From Desulfomonilia bacterium (lineage in GTDB: Bacteria; Desulfobacterota; Desulfomonilia; UBA1062), in the NCBI GenBank assembly GCA_963664325.2, contig CAXXDQ010000003.1, positions 1,120,001-1,184,000 of the forward strand: a stretch of 64,000 nt of DNA, in the 5' to 3' direction. Positions 1 to 8,929 of this stretch are shown here, one piece after another. The position numbers and the translations under genes are program-made. The number at the start of each line of letters is the position of its first letter. Position 1 is the stretch's first letter. The notes beneath the pieces are model-generated. The model was not told where the DNA came from and did no database searches. It saw nothing but the letters and a program-made list of their open reading frames with translations.

Positions 1-120
1 ATTCTACTTTTCTCTTCCTGATAAAATAAGCTAGCAAACTGATTTTATTATTTTAATAACTTCATAATATGTTCAGGTAAGTTGACAAAAAGGGGTGTTT
101 ATGAGATATGCCGCTTAGTT

Positions 121-1311
121 ATGCCAAATAAATATATATTGATCCCTGAGAAGAAAAAAAATCACAAAAGATATCTCCCGTATCTCCTTTTATCGGTTGT
201 CGTTTTATTTATTTTTACGATCGTATTTGCCGGCAAGAAAGGAGAGCCGGACGTCAAAGCAGAAGAACAGAAATTCCTTGGGAAGGATGTTCTTAAACAC
301 ATATCAGAGAAAGATATTAAAAGGTATGATCTTACAATTGACTGGGACCTGCAGAACTTTATTTCAGAGACTGCAGGGAAATATAAAATCGGTTTCGGCG
401 CTGTTATTGTTATGGATGCAACCAACGGCGATATCATATCAATGTGGGGTAAGGACAGGTCCGGTGAAGACTGCAGCTTGCCTTTGAATTCGTATCTTGC
501 TGCGAGCATATTCAAGATTGTAACCGCATCAGCAGCGATTGAAAGAGGCATGACCCCGCTTTCTCCTGTTTCTTATAACGGAAACCCATGGACTATTTAT
601 AAAGGCCAGTTAAAGGACAGGACCGATAAATGGACCCAGCACATTACCTTTGCACATGCATTTGCACAATCGAACAACGTGGTATTTGCCAAGCTCGGCA
701 TGTCACTCGGTGAAGAGCCCTTATTCCTTAACGCTATGAGATACGGGTTCTGGAAGCCTCCCATGAGGGAATGCTGGTCTGCGCCCAGTACTGTTATGAT
801 TCCCGAAAACGAATATGATCTCGGTGAGCTTGCGTGTGGTCTTAATCACACAACGCAGATGTCACCGGTTCATGCGGCGCAAATAGTTACACCTGCCCTT
901 AATAAGGGCATCATGGTCTCACCTAGAATTATCAGGTCAATGCCGGTTGAAAAGACAACGGTAATAAATGAAAAGATTGCTGATGATCTTTACATGATGA
1001 TGGGTGATACAATCAGGTCAGGAACGTTTTCCCGAAGGTTCAGGATGTGCAGTACCGATAGGGTGCTGAAAGAGGTAACGATAGGTGCCAAAAGCGGCAG
1101 TATAAACAGTAAGAATCCCGAGGGCAGGCTTACATGGTTTGTGGGGTATGCCGATCATCCGACAAAAGGTAAAATTACAATAGTCAGTCTTCTTTTAAGA
1201 GACCCTTATTACTGGATCAAAGCTGACGAGTTTGCCAGAATGATAATCAAACAGTATTATGACCATCCGCCTCAAATTGCATCAGCGCCGGTAGTCCGTT
1301 CATTGAATTAG
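121..1311 (+). CDS. Penicillin-binding protein, transpeptidase domain with N-terminal TM anchor (PbpA-like)
   Basis: SxxK (ASIFK), SxN (SNN) and KSG motifs; hydrophobic N-terminal helix. ATG 121 preferred over TTG 82. Confidence 0.85.
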   Translation: MPNKYILIPEKKKNHKRYLPYLLLSVVVLFIFTIVFAGKKGEPDVKAEEQKFLGKDVLKHISEKDIKRYDLTIDWDLQNFISETAGKYKIGFGAVIVMDATNGDIISMWGKDRSGEDCSLPLNSYLAASIFKIVTASAAIERGMTPLSPVSYNGNPWTIYKGQLKDRTDKWTQHITFAHAFAQSNNVVFAKLGMSLGEEPLFLNAMRYGFWKPPMRECWSAPSTVMIPENEYDLGELACGLNHTTQMSPVHAAQIVTPALNKGIMVSPRIIRSMPVEKTTVINEKIADDLYMMMGDTIRSGTFSRRFRMCSTDRVLKEVTIGAKSGSINSKNPEGRLTWFVGYADHPTKGKITIVSLLLRDPYYWIKADEFARMIIKQYYDHPPQIASAPVVRSLN

Positions 1312-1388
1312 CAAAGGTTTGTTTCCAGGATAATTCGCCTTGCAATGCTTGACACCCTGTTCTTCACATGTTAGCAGTTTTTTTGGTT

Positions 1389-1465
1389 CGGGACGTAGCG
1401 CAGCCCGGTAGCGCACCTGAATGGGGTTCAGGGGGTCGAAGGTTCAAATCCTTTCGTCCCGACCA
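1389..1465 (+). tRNA. tRNA-Pro (GGG)
   Basis: CGGGACG/CGTCCCG acceptor stem, D-arm, anticodon arm CCTGA-AT-GGG-GT-TCAGG, GGTTCAAATCC T-arm, encoded CCA. Confidence 0.97.
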
Positions 1466-1491
1466 ATCTAAATATACTCAAGAAAGAACAT

Positions 1492-1518
1492 GCCGTAAGT
1501 TTAAATTTACGGTTTTTT
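1492..1518 (+). terminator. Intrinsic terminator after tRNA-Pro, overlapping the deaD stop
   Basis: GCCGTAA...TTACGGT stem followed by a T-run. Confidence 0.6.
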
Positions 1519-3117
1519 CTTTTTACGTTTATCCCCGGTTGTCCGCTGTTCGGGTTTTGCTATGCTTATTATCGGTTTTCCTCTTTTCTGTTTGAATCTG
1601 TTCTGAATAATACCCGCTTCATTATGGGGCACGTTGATAAAAGAAAAGTTGTCAAACATTTGGACATCCTGGAAGATATTATCCTTTATGCCGGTTTTAT
1701 CAGAGAGCATTCTTATAAGTTTTTTAGGGTTAAACCCGTGTGTGCGGCCCTGCGCGACAAAGAGCCTGACATTTGTCTTTCCTTGTGGTGCAGACTTTAA
1801 TTCCGTTACCTCTTTGTACCTGCCGGGGTCGAGGACATCCGAAAAGGCATACCTCAGACATGATGCAAGGACAAGGGCCGCATCATTGTCATTTATGAGC
1901 TCTTCCGCGAGTCTTATGTAATGTCTGGAATCTCCCTTGGAGGTAATTGATTGTTCGATAACCTGCTTGATTCCTGATATCCTGGTTCCGATAACCTCAT
2001 CTACAGTAGGGATACGTCCTTTCTTTATGCTTCCTCCGCCTGCGTGCCGTATGATCTCAAGCAGTCTGCGTTCCCTAGGTTCGACAAAAGTTATCGCAAT
2101 GCCCTCTTTCCCGGCCCTGCCTGTGCGGCCTATTCTGTGGACGTATGAGTCTGCATCCTGAGGAATATGAAAGTTTATGACGTGGGTCAGGTCCCTTACA
2201 TCGATACCGCGTGCAGCCACATCAGTGGCAACCAATATCGTAATCTCCCTGTTCCTGAAGCGGTGCATAATCTTTTCACGCATGTTCTGGTCTATATCCC
2301 CGTGTATACCCGCCGTTTTATAGCCGCGCTCTTCCAGACCATCTGCAAGTCCCGATGTTTCAATTCTTGTACGGCAGAATACAAGACCGTAAAAGTCAGG
2401 ATTCACATCGATAATACGGCAAAGAAGCTCAAGTTTGTCATCTTCCCTGACATCATAATAAACCTGTCTGGTCAGTGCAGGAGTTTTTACGGTTTCGCCT
2501 ATCGCAACGGACCTTGGGTGACGCATAAACTTTTTGGCAATGGATATTACCTGTCTTGGCATTGTCGCTGAAAAAAGGAGTGTCCGTCTTTCAGCCGGGC
2601 ATTGAGCTATGATGGACTCGATATCTTCAATGAAACCCATATCGAGCATTTCATCGGCTTCATCAAGGATAAGATACTCAATGCTGTTTGATTTCAAAGA
2701 TCCCCTTTTCAAATGGTCTAGGATTCGGCCCGGTGTTCCAACAACAATATCTGTTCCATCCTTCAGCCCCTTGAGCTGGGGTACGAATGACTGCCCGCCA
2801 TAAACTGCAAGGACTTTGGCCTTTTTACCTCTGCACAAGGACTTCATTTCTCCCGCCACCTGTATGGCGAGTTCTCTAGTCGGAGTTATGATGAGAACCC
2901 TTGTATGGCCGTTAAATGCATCTATGGACTCAATTACGGGTATTCCGAAAGCAGCCGTCTTGCCTGTCCCTGTCTGAGCCTGAACAGTAAGATCACAATC
3001 CTCATTCAGAAGAATAGGTATAATTTCAGACTGTACAGGCGTCGGTTCAGAAAAACTCTTGCGCTCTAACGCAGACATCATCGTTTCCGACAGACCCATG
3101 TTTCTAAATTTTTCCAA
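1507..3117 (-). CDS. deaD: DEAD-box RNA helicase DeaD/CsdA type with C-terminal DbpA RNA-binding domain
   Basis: Q motif, [34 protein letters not shown]; C-terminal RLFVAQGR..NFSFINV; TTG start with AAGGGA RBS. Confidence 0.9.
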   Translation of the reverse strand: MEKFRNMGLSETMMSALERKSFSEPTPVQSEIIPILLNEDCDLTVQAQTGTGKTAAFGIPVIESIDAFNGHTRVLIITPTRELAIQVAGEMKSLCRGKKAKVLAVYGGQSFVPQLKGLKDGTDIVVGTPGRILDHLKRGSLKSNSIEYLILDEADEMLDMGFIEDIESIIAQCPAERRTLLFSATMPRQVISIAKKFMRHPRSVAIGETVKTPALTRQVYYDVREDDKLELLCRIIDVNPDFYGLVFCRTRIETSGLADGLEERGYKTAGIHGDIDQNMREKIMHRFRNREITILVATDVAARGIDVRDLTHVINFHIPQDADSYVHRIGRTGRAGKEGIAITFVEPRERRLLEIIRHAGGGSIKKGRIPTVDEVIGTRISGIKQVIEQSITSKGDSRHYIRLAEELINDNDAALVLASCLRYAFSDVLDPGRYKEVTELKSAPQGKTNVRLFVAQGRTHGFNPKKLIRMLSDKTGIKDNIFQDVQMFDNFSFINVPHNEAGIIQNRFKQKRGKPIISIAKPEQRTTGDKRKKKKP

Positions 3118-3354
3118 GTGACTATCCCTTTGTCTTATATTGTTTTATATATCTCGAAGGCACGAAAAAGGCTTGTTTAATAATACCTTTCATGGTGTCG
3201 CCAAGAAATCCATGCGGCGCTTATATCCTATTTAATGAAAAATGCCATACAAATAATAAAGCATATAAAATGAAGCTGTTTAATATAAAATAAAACTGTT
3301 ATAAAATATTTCAGAGCTTTTGGAGCAGATCAGCCTTAATTCTAAGGAGCGAAA

Positions 3355-3531
3355 ATGAGGGAAATTGGCGCAATTGCCGGATACCTTGTGTTCTGGTTGT
3401 TCAGCAAGATGGTGCTTGGCATACAGAGCGGAGCCGTTACACTTTTTTTATCGCTTTTGTTTGCCTTTGCGGTATATGCGCTGATCGCTTATGCAGAGCA
3501 TGAGGATAAAGACAAAACAAAGGATGAATAA
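3355..3531 (+). CDS. Small two-TM membrane protein, 58 aa (not in ORF track)
   Basis: AAGGAG RBS then ATG; MREIGAIAGYLVFWLFSKMVLGIQSGAVTLFLSLLFAFAVYALIAYAEHEDKDKTKDE; ends 33 nt before the kinase. Confidence 0.7.
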   Translation: MREIGAIAGYLVFWLFSKMVLGIQSGAVTLFLSLLFAFAVYALIAYAEHEDKDKTKDE

Positions 3532-3564
3532 AAGGTCCTTATTTAAATAGCAAGACCATATATA

Positions 3565-6141
3565 ATGAATAAAAAGCTTTCTCTTTTATACAAACGGTAT
3601 TCGATATGGCTGTCTGCGTTTATCGTCATAGTCCTGATTATACTCCTTGCTTATGCTGTATACCGTTCACGGGAAAAATCGATAATTGATCTCTTCAGCT
3701 TCCAGCAGGAAATTGTCTCGAACCAGGCTGCGTCAATGATTGAAGGCGCAATTGACAGATGTGAAATAAAACTTGATTACCTGTCACGGGCATTGAACAC
3801 ATCTCAGAGAAACAATGAGAATATGGTTCAAGACTTTAAAAATTTTTACATGGAAACACAGGACATTGTTGAAACAGTTGTAGATATAGATAGCAATGAT
3901 ATTGTCAGATATGCTTATCCTCCAGAACAATCGGGAGATCTTATAGGGAAAAAAATTGATGACCCCGAAATAATGCATGCCCTGAAGAAGCTTGAAAACG
4001 GCAGGTATCAGGGGGGGGTCAATAATTTCTTTGCCTTAAAAGGGAATGTGGATCCCTGGCTGAATAAGACAATCTGTTTAGGCCTGCCAGTATACAGCCG
4101 GAATGACAAATATAGCGGCGCAGTCCTGGCCCTTGTAAGCCCTCAGCTTTTAATAAGGCATTCGGTGTTGAATAAATCTTCCTTTATTGGGGAATTCTGG
4201 CTTATCGATGATCAGGACAGGATTGCATACCATCCGAACAGCGCCTTGATCAAAAAGAACTTTCATGAGCTGATACCAGCCCGTAAAAAAGGTTTTAATG
4301 TTTCGGATGATGCCAAGAAATATTTTATTGATAATGTAATCATACCCAAGAATAAACCATCAACCTGTATCATATCCTATGCCCCTATCAGAATCGGCAC
4401 ATCGACTTGGTTTATAGTAATGGTTGCACCTTATCACAAGGTTCAAAACCTTATTGCAAGCGCATCACGGAATATCATACTGGGGGCGTTCGGGCTGGTC
4501 ATTGTCGTGATTGTGACCGCGATATCGATTGCCCAGTCCGATGTCAAAAGACTGCGTCTCAAAGAAGAACTGAAAAGACTCATGGAAAGGGAAGAGTGGC
4601 AGAGCAAGGTGTTGAGGGAAAAGATGACTATCGACGGAATCATTGAAGGTTCCCCGGTTCCCACCTTCGTAATCGACAAGAATCACAAAGTAATCCTCTG
4701 GAACCGTGCCTGTACGGACCTTACAGGGTTCAGTTCAAAGGTTATGGTCGGCACCAGAAATTTCTATCAACCGTTTTATGATACCCCTCGTCCCCTCATT
4801 GCTGATTTTATCATTGACCAGAATATCGAAGATTTCAGCCTTTATTACGGTGAAATCAAGGTAAAGAAATCCGAGTTTATTGAAGGCGCATATGAGGCAG
4901 TTAAATATTTTAAAAATCTTAACGGCAGGGGGCGCCACCTGCATTTCATTGCCGCTCCTATCTATAATGAGAGGGGTGAGATAACTTCGGCGATAGAAAC
5001 ATTCCTTGATGTTACAAAAGAGGTTGAACTGACAAAGAGCCTGCAGGAATATGCCGAATCGCTGCAAAACGAACTCGGGGAAAATATAAGGCTGAATAAG
5101 GAGACCGAGTATCTCTACAATTATCTTGGAAACATCATAGACTCGCTTCCTGACAGGATTTTTGACTTAAGCAAGGATGGAATAATTAATTTTGTCAGTA
5201 AACAGACAATTAAAGGCAGAGATGTTGAAACGGAGCTTAAAGGCAAGCATTTTACCGAGTTTGTTGAACCGCATCACAGGGATTATGTGATTTCCAAGTG
5301 GGAAAACGCGCAAAAAGGGATATTTACGCCTTATGAACTTGATGTTGTGACCAGGAAAGGCGAGAAGAGGAATCTGCTTATAACTCCCAGCCCTGTCAAA
5401 GGCACTGACAGATATGTACTTGTGCAGCGGGATATAACAGAGTTCAAGGAGCTTGAAAAAAAATACTATGAAAGCCAGATGCTTGCAGCAATAGGCCAGC
5501 TGTCAGCGGGTATTGCACATGAGGTCAGAAATCCTCTTTCTTCGATAAAAATGAGCCTGCAGATCCTGGAAAAACGATTACAACCGGAAGGCAACGACCT
5601 TCAGAGATTTAAAATAGCACAGAGAGAGGTCGAACATCTTGAAAAGCTCGTGAGTGAAGTGCTGATCTATGCCAAACCGCTTGTTCCCAACAAGGAACTT
5701 TCCGACATGTATTCTATCATCGAGAATGCACTGGCAATGGTTGAAAAATCACTCAAAGATAAGGAAATTGAAGTAAATAGAGATTTCAAGACAGGCTTTG
5801 AAGCAGTGAATGTTGATGCATCCATGATAACACAGGCGCTTATCAATGTTTTTCAGAATGCCGTTGAGGCTATGGAAAACAGAGGCATAATGGTTGTCAG
5901 CCTCAAAGATGAAAACGGGTATGCGGTAATTGAGGTTAAGGACAACGGTTGCGGAATTGATGAGAAGGATATGCCGCACCTTTTCAATCCGTTTTTTACC
6001 ATGAAAAATTATGGAACCGGGCTTGGCCTGTCGCAGGTTAAAAAGATAATTGACCAGCATGGCGGCGTAATAAAGATTTTAAGCAACAGGGGAGAAGGCA
6101 CAAGATTTATAATACAGCTTCCCAAAAACGATGATATATAG
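3565..6141 (+). CDS. Sensor histidine kinase (TM, Cache-like, TM, PAS, PAS, HisKA, HATPase)
   Basis: H-box AHEVRNPL, N-box NAVEAM, DNGCGI, FNPFFT, GTGLGL; two TM helices; two PAS-like segments. Confidence 0.93.
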   Translation: MNKKLSLLYKRYSIWLSAFIVIVLIILLAYAVYRSREKSIIDLFSFQQEIVSNQAASMIEGAIDRCEIKLDYLSRALNTSQRNNENMVQDFKNFYMETQDIVETVVDIDSNDIVRYAYPPEQSGDLIGKKIDDPEIMHALKKLENGRYQGGVNNFFALKGNVDPWLNKTICLGLPVYSRNDKYSGAVLALVSPQLLIRHSVLNKSSFIGEFWLIDDQDRIAYHPNSALIKKNFHELIPARKKGFNVSDDAKKYFIDNVIIPKNKPSTCIISYAPIRIGTSTWFIVMVAPYHKVQNLIASASRNIILGAFGLVIVVIVTAISIAQSDVKRLRLKEELKRLMEREEWQSKVLREKMTIDGIIEGSPVPTFVIDKNHKVILWNRACTDLTGFSSKVMVGTRNFYQPFYDTPRPLIADFIIDQNIEDFSLYYGEIKVKKSEFIEGAYEAVKYFKNLNGRGRHLHFIAAPIYNERGEITSAIETFLDVTKEVELTKSLQEYAESLQNELGENIRLNKETEYLYNYLGNIIDSLPDRIFDLSKDGIINFVSKQTIKGRDVETELKGKHFTEFVEPHHRDYVISKWENAQKGIFTPYELDVVTRKGEKRNLLITPSPVKGTDRYVLVQRDITEFKELEKKYYESQMLAAIGQLSAGIAHEVRNPLSSIKMSLQILEKRLQPEGNDLQRFKIAQREVEHLEKLVSEVLIYAKPLVPNKELSDMYSIIENALAMVEKSLKDKEIEVNRDFKTGFEAVNVDASMITQALINVFQNAVEAMENRGIMVVSLKDENGYAVIEVKDNGCGIDEKDMPHLFNPFFTMKNYGTGLGLSQVKKIIDQHGGVIKILSNRGEGTRFIIQLPKNDDI

Positions 6142-6180
6142 TGATATAATACATATATTCAATAAGGGTATGATAAAAAT

Positions 6181-7557
6181 ATGTCGAAGATACTTGTAAT
6201 AGATGATGACAGGTCAATCCGTGAAACGCTCGATATGTACCTCAGCGAAGAGGGGTATGACATTATCACTGCTTCCACCGGGACCGACGGGCTTGCAAAA
6301 TATGTGGAAGCCACTCCGGACGTTGTTATACTTGATATAAGACTCCCTGATGTTGACGGTTTCAGGATACTTGAAGACCTTAAAGAAGAGGACGAAAATC
6401 TCAAAATTATCATGATAACCGCATTTCATGACATGGAATCTACAATAAGGGCGATGAAGAAAGGTGCTTTTGATTATATCCACAAACCCATTGATGTAAA
6501 CGAACTGGACATATCAATCAAGAAGGCGCTGCATGCCCTTGAAATGGAAAACAAGCTGAAGGGTTTTGTTGAATCCTCACGGGAATACAAGGTGGGAGAC
6601 ATTATAGGATTAGGCCCCCGCATGAGGGAGATATTCAAGACGATAGGAGTTGTTTCACAGAGCAAGACGCCGGTACTTATCGAAGGAGAGAGCGGTACGG
6701 GAAAAGAGCTCATTGCCAAGGTTATTCACAACAATACGAACCCCAATGAGCCTTTTATTGCCATAAACTGTTCTGCAATTGTTGAAACACTTCTAGAGTC
6801 CGAACTGTTCGGTCATGAGAAGGGGTCATTTACCGGGGCCGTAAACAGGAAGCCGGGTAAATTTGAGCTTGCAAGGAACGGTACGGTCTTTCTTGATGAG
6901 ATCAGTGAGATGTCCTGGAACCTGCAGGCCAAACTTTTAAGGGTGCTTCAGGAAAGGGAATTCGAGAGGGTTGGCGGGAAAGATACCATAAGTGTCAATG
7001 CAAGGATTATAGCTGCAACAAACAAGGACCTGCGTATAATGATAAGGGACAAGCTGTTCAGGGATGATCTTTATTACAGACTTAATATCGTCAGCATCAT
7101 GATACCTCCTTTGAGGGAACGGCTGGAAGACCTGGAACCCCTTGTCGCATATCTCCTGGCAAAGATAAGCAACGAGCTTCATAAACGCATTATAAAGGTA
7201 TCCGATGAAATGATGGAAACATTCAGGAGATACAACTGGCCCGGAAATATCAGGGAGCTTGAAAACCTGCTGGTACGGGCAGCGGTTGTTGCCAAGGGAC
7301 AGGTGCTCGTGAAATCGGATTTTCCGAACCTGGGTGATGAAGGGCATGCCGACAAGGCCACTGGCCAGATTGAAGAATGTGCACAGGATGTCTCGGGCAG
7401 ATACCTGACCCTTGATGAAATAGAAGAGCGCCACATCAGAAAAGTCATAAATGAAACCAAGAAGAACAAAGGAGAAATATGCGATATGCTTGGAATATCC
7501 CGCCCGACGTTTGAGCGTAAGCTTGAAAAATACAATATAACATATGAGCGTGAATGA
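6181..7557 (+). CDS. Sigma54-dependent response regulator (NtrC/AtoC family)
   Basis: REC domain (IDDD, LDIRLPD, KP), [34 protein letters not shown]-terminal Fis-type HTH. Confidence 0.95.
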   Translation: MSKILVIDDDRSIRETLDMYLSEEGYDIITASTGTDGLAKYVEATPDVVILDIRLPDVDGFRILEDLKEEDENLKIIMITAFHDMESTIRAMKKGAFDYIHKPIDVNELDISIKKALHALEMENKLKGFVESSREYKVGDIIGLGPRMREIFKTIGVVSQSKTPVLIEGESGTGKELIAKVIHNNTNPNEPFIAINCSAIVETLLESELFGHEKGSFTGAVNRKPGKFELARNGTVFLDEISEMSWNLQAKLLRVLQEREFERVGGKDTISVNARIIAATNKDLRIMIRDKLFRDDLYYRLNIVSIMIPPLRERLEDLEPLVAYLLAKISNELHKRIIKVSDEMMETFRRYNWPGNIRELENLLVRAAVVAKGQVLVKSDFPNLGDEGHADKATGQIEECAQDVSGRYLTLDEIEERHIRKVINETKKNKGEICDMLGISRPTFERKLEKYNITYERE

Positions 7558-7735
7558 TATTGAATCTCTCAGGCCTGTTCCAATGAATATTAAACGTTTC
7601 ATTTAATGCCCTGAACATTTTTTTAAAGGATCAAAAGGTATTTACATCCGCCTGAAAATTGACAATTCATTGTCACTGCTTAAAAACAAACAAAAAAACA
7701 ATAAGTTAGAAATATATTCGTCAATAAATACAAAT

Positions 7736-7751
7736 TGGCACGGTTCTTCCT
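7736..7751 (+). promoter_or_regulatory. Putative sigma54 (-24/-12) promoter with a non-consensus -12 element
   Basis: TGGCACG-GTTC-TTCCT versus consensus TGGCACG-N4-TTGC(A/T); IHF-like AACAATAAGTTA about 30 nt upstream; directly downstream of the sigma54 activator gene. Confidence 0.55.
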
Positions 7752-7794
7752 ATAGAAGATTGTGATTAAACAAAAAAATGGGAGGGCCAAGACA

Positions 7795-8070
7795 ATGAGA
7801 AAGACAATCCAGACCTTAATCGTAACATTCTTCGTGGTTCTTATCACAGCCTCTTTTGCTTTTGCTGCAAATGCAATAACCGGTGATGGAAACTTTCCCT
7901 ATTTCAATCTCGGATGCCTTGTCATGGGTGGACTGACAATCGTATCACTCAAACACAGGTACCCCAGAATGTACCTCAGTGAGGCGATCGGTTCATTTGC
8001 ACTATACGCAGTTCTGGTTGCACTGTTCACGGCCCCGGTTATCGAGTCTGTTAAAAATATAGTAAGCTAG
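7795..8070 (+). CDS. Small membrane protein with signal peptide and two TM helices, function unknown
   Basis: GGAGG RBS before ATG 7795; AFA-type signal cleavage site; two hydrophobic helices. Confidence 0.75.
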   Translation: MRKTIQTLIVTFFVVLITASFAFAANAITGDGNFPYFNLGCLVMGGLTIVSLKHRYPRMYLSEAIGSFALYAVLVALFTAPVIESVKNIVS

Positions 8071-8147
8071 AGGGAATCCCGACAAAAGCGACAGGGCGAT
8101 ATGCTCTGTCCTGTCAGGCAGCCAAGCGGGACAAGGAGGAAATAATT

Positions 8148-8405
8148 ATGAAAAACCTTACAAGAGAAAGAAAGGACAAAACGACACTGAACAGTATAGT
8201 TATGATAAGTGCGTGGGGTCTCATAATAGTTATTTCCTCATTCGCTTTCATGTATATCGGCCGCTGGATTGACGTAAGCTTTAATACCGAGCCGGCTTTT
8301 ATGGTTGGCATGCTTTTCCTTGGGATATGCATGTGCATATTCAGACTTTACAAGGAAGGGGTCGAAAAATCCCGGAGAATGTACAGGCAGGACAGGACTG
8401 CCTAG
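8148..8405 (+). CDS. AtpZ/AtpI (ATPase gene 1) family membrane protein, orphan
   Basis: AAGGAGG RBS; two-TM pattern with G-x-W-I-D...T-x-P signature (YIGRWIDVSFNTEPAF). Confidence 0.75.
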   Translation: MKNLTRERKDKTTLNSIVMISAWGLIIVISSFAFMYIGRWIDVSFNTEPAFMVGMLFLGICMCIFRLYKEGVEKSRRMYRQDRTA

Positions 8406-8521
8406 GAAAATACCGGATATGCGAATGAAAATAATCAAAGAAAGGCTTTATTGTAAACCACCCGGATCTTTCTTTGATCATATAAAGAGCAAAACGAGTT
8501 TTAACCTTTCCATCTCTTCCC

Positions 8522-8587
8522 ACTGTTCCGGGGGTAGCCGGTTTTAGCATTTGCTGAATGCGGCAATTTCCCGGAACAGTTTTTTTT
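8522..8587 (+). terminator. Long hairpin terminator
   Basis: ACTGTTCCGGG/CCCGGAACAGT outer stem, inner GCCG..TTAGC/GCTGA..CGGC stem, then a T-run. Confidence 0.7.
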
Positions 8588-8929
8588 GATTTGCTTTCTT
8601 CTGTGCCTGTCATTGACTAACCTGGTTATCAGGCGTTATAATTTATATTATTGCAATATATTATTATGTTTGAGGAGTTTTACGATGCCGGTTACATGCA
8701 GAGCGATAGGATTAAACAATATTTCAAGGAAAGGAATCCTGAAGATAACCCCTGCTCTGGCTGAAACTACCAATTTATCTGAAACGCTTATGACATACCC
8801 GGAGGCCATCTGTTCAATCAAGGGACAGCCTTCAGCCGGGAAAACATTGCAACATAATTTCCGCTTGATACAAAAGACTTTTGTTGAAAATTATATATGA
8901 ATGAACGGCATGCATGAGGAGGCTTTCTT

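Noticed and set aside
1368-1595. 75-aa ORF over the tRNA, and tRNA-Pro as an island attachment site
   Set aside because: The ORF is a shadow of the tRNA; no integrase or duplicated tRNA 3' end was seen.
8685-8900. 71-aa ORF with a GAGGAG RBS
   Set aside because: No recognisable features and it lies in the likely promoter region of the lyase; unsupported without homology.
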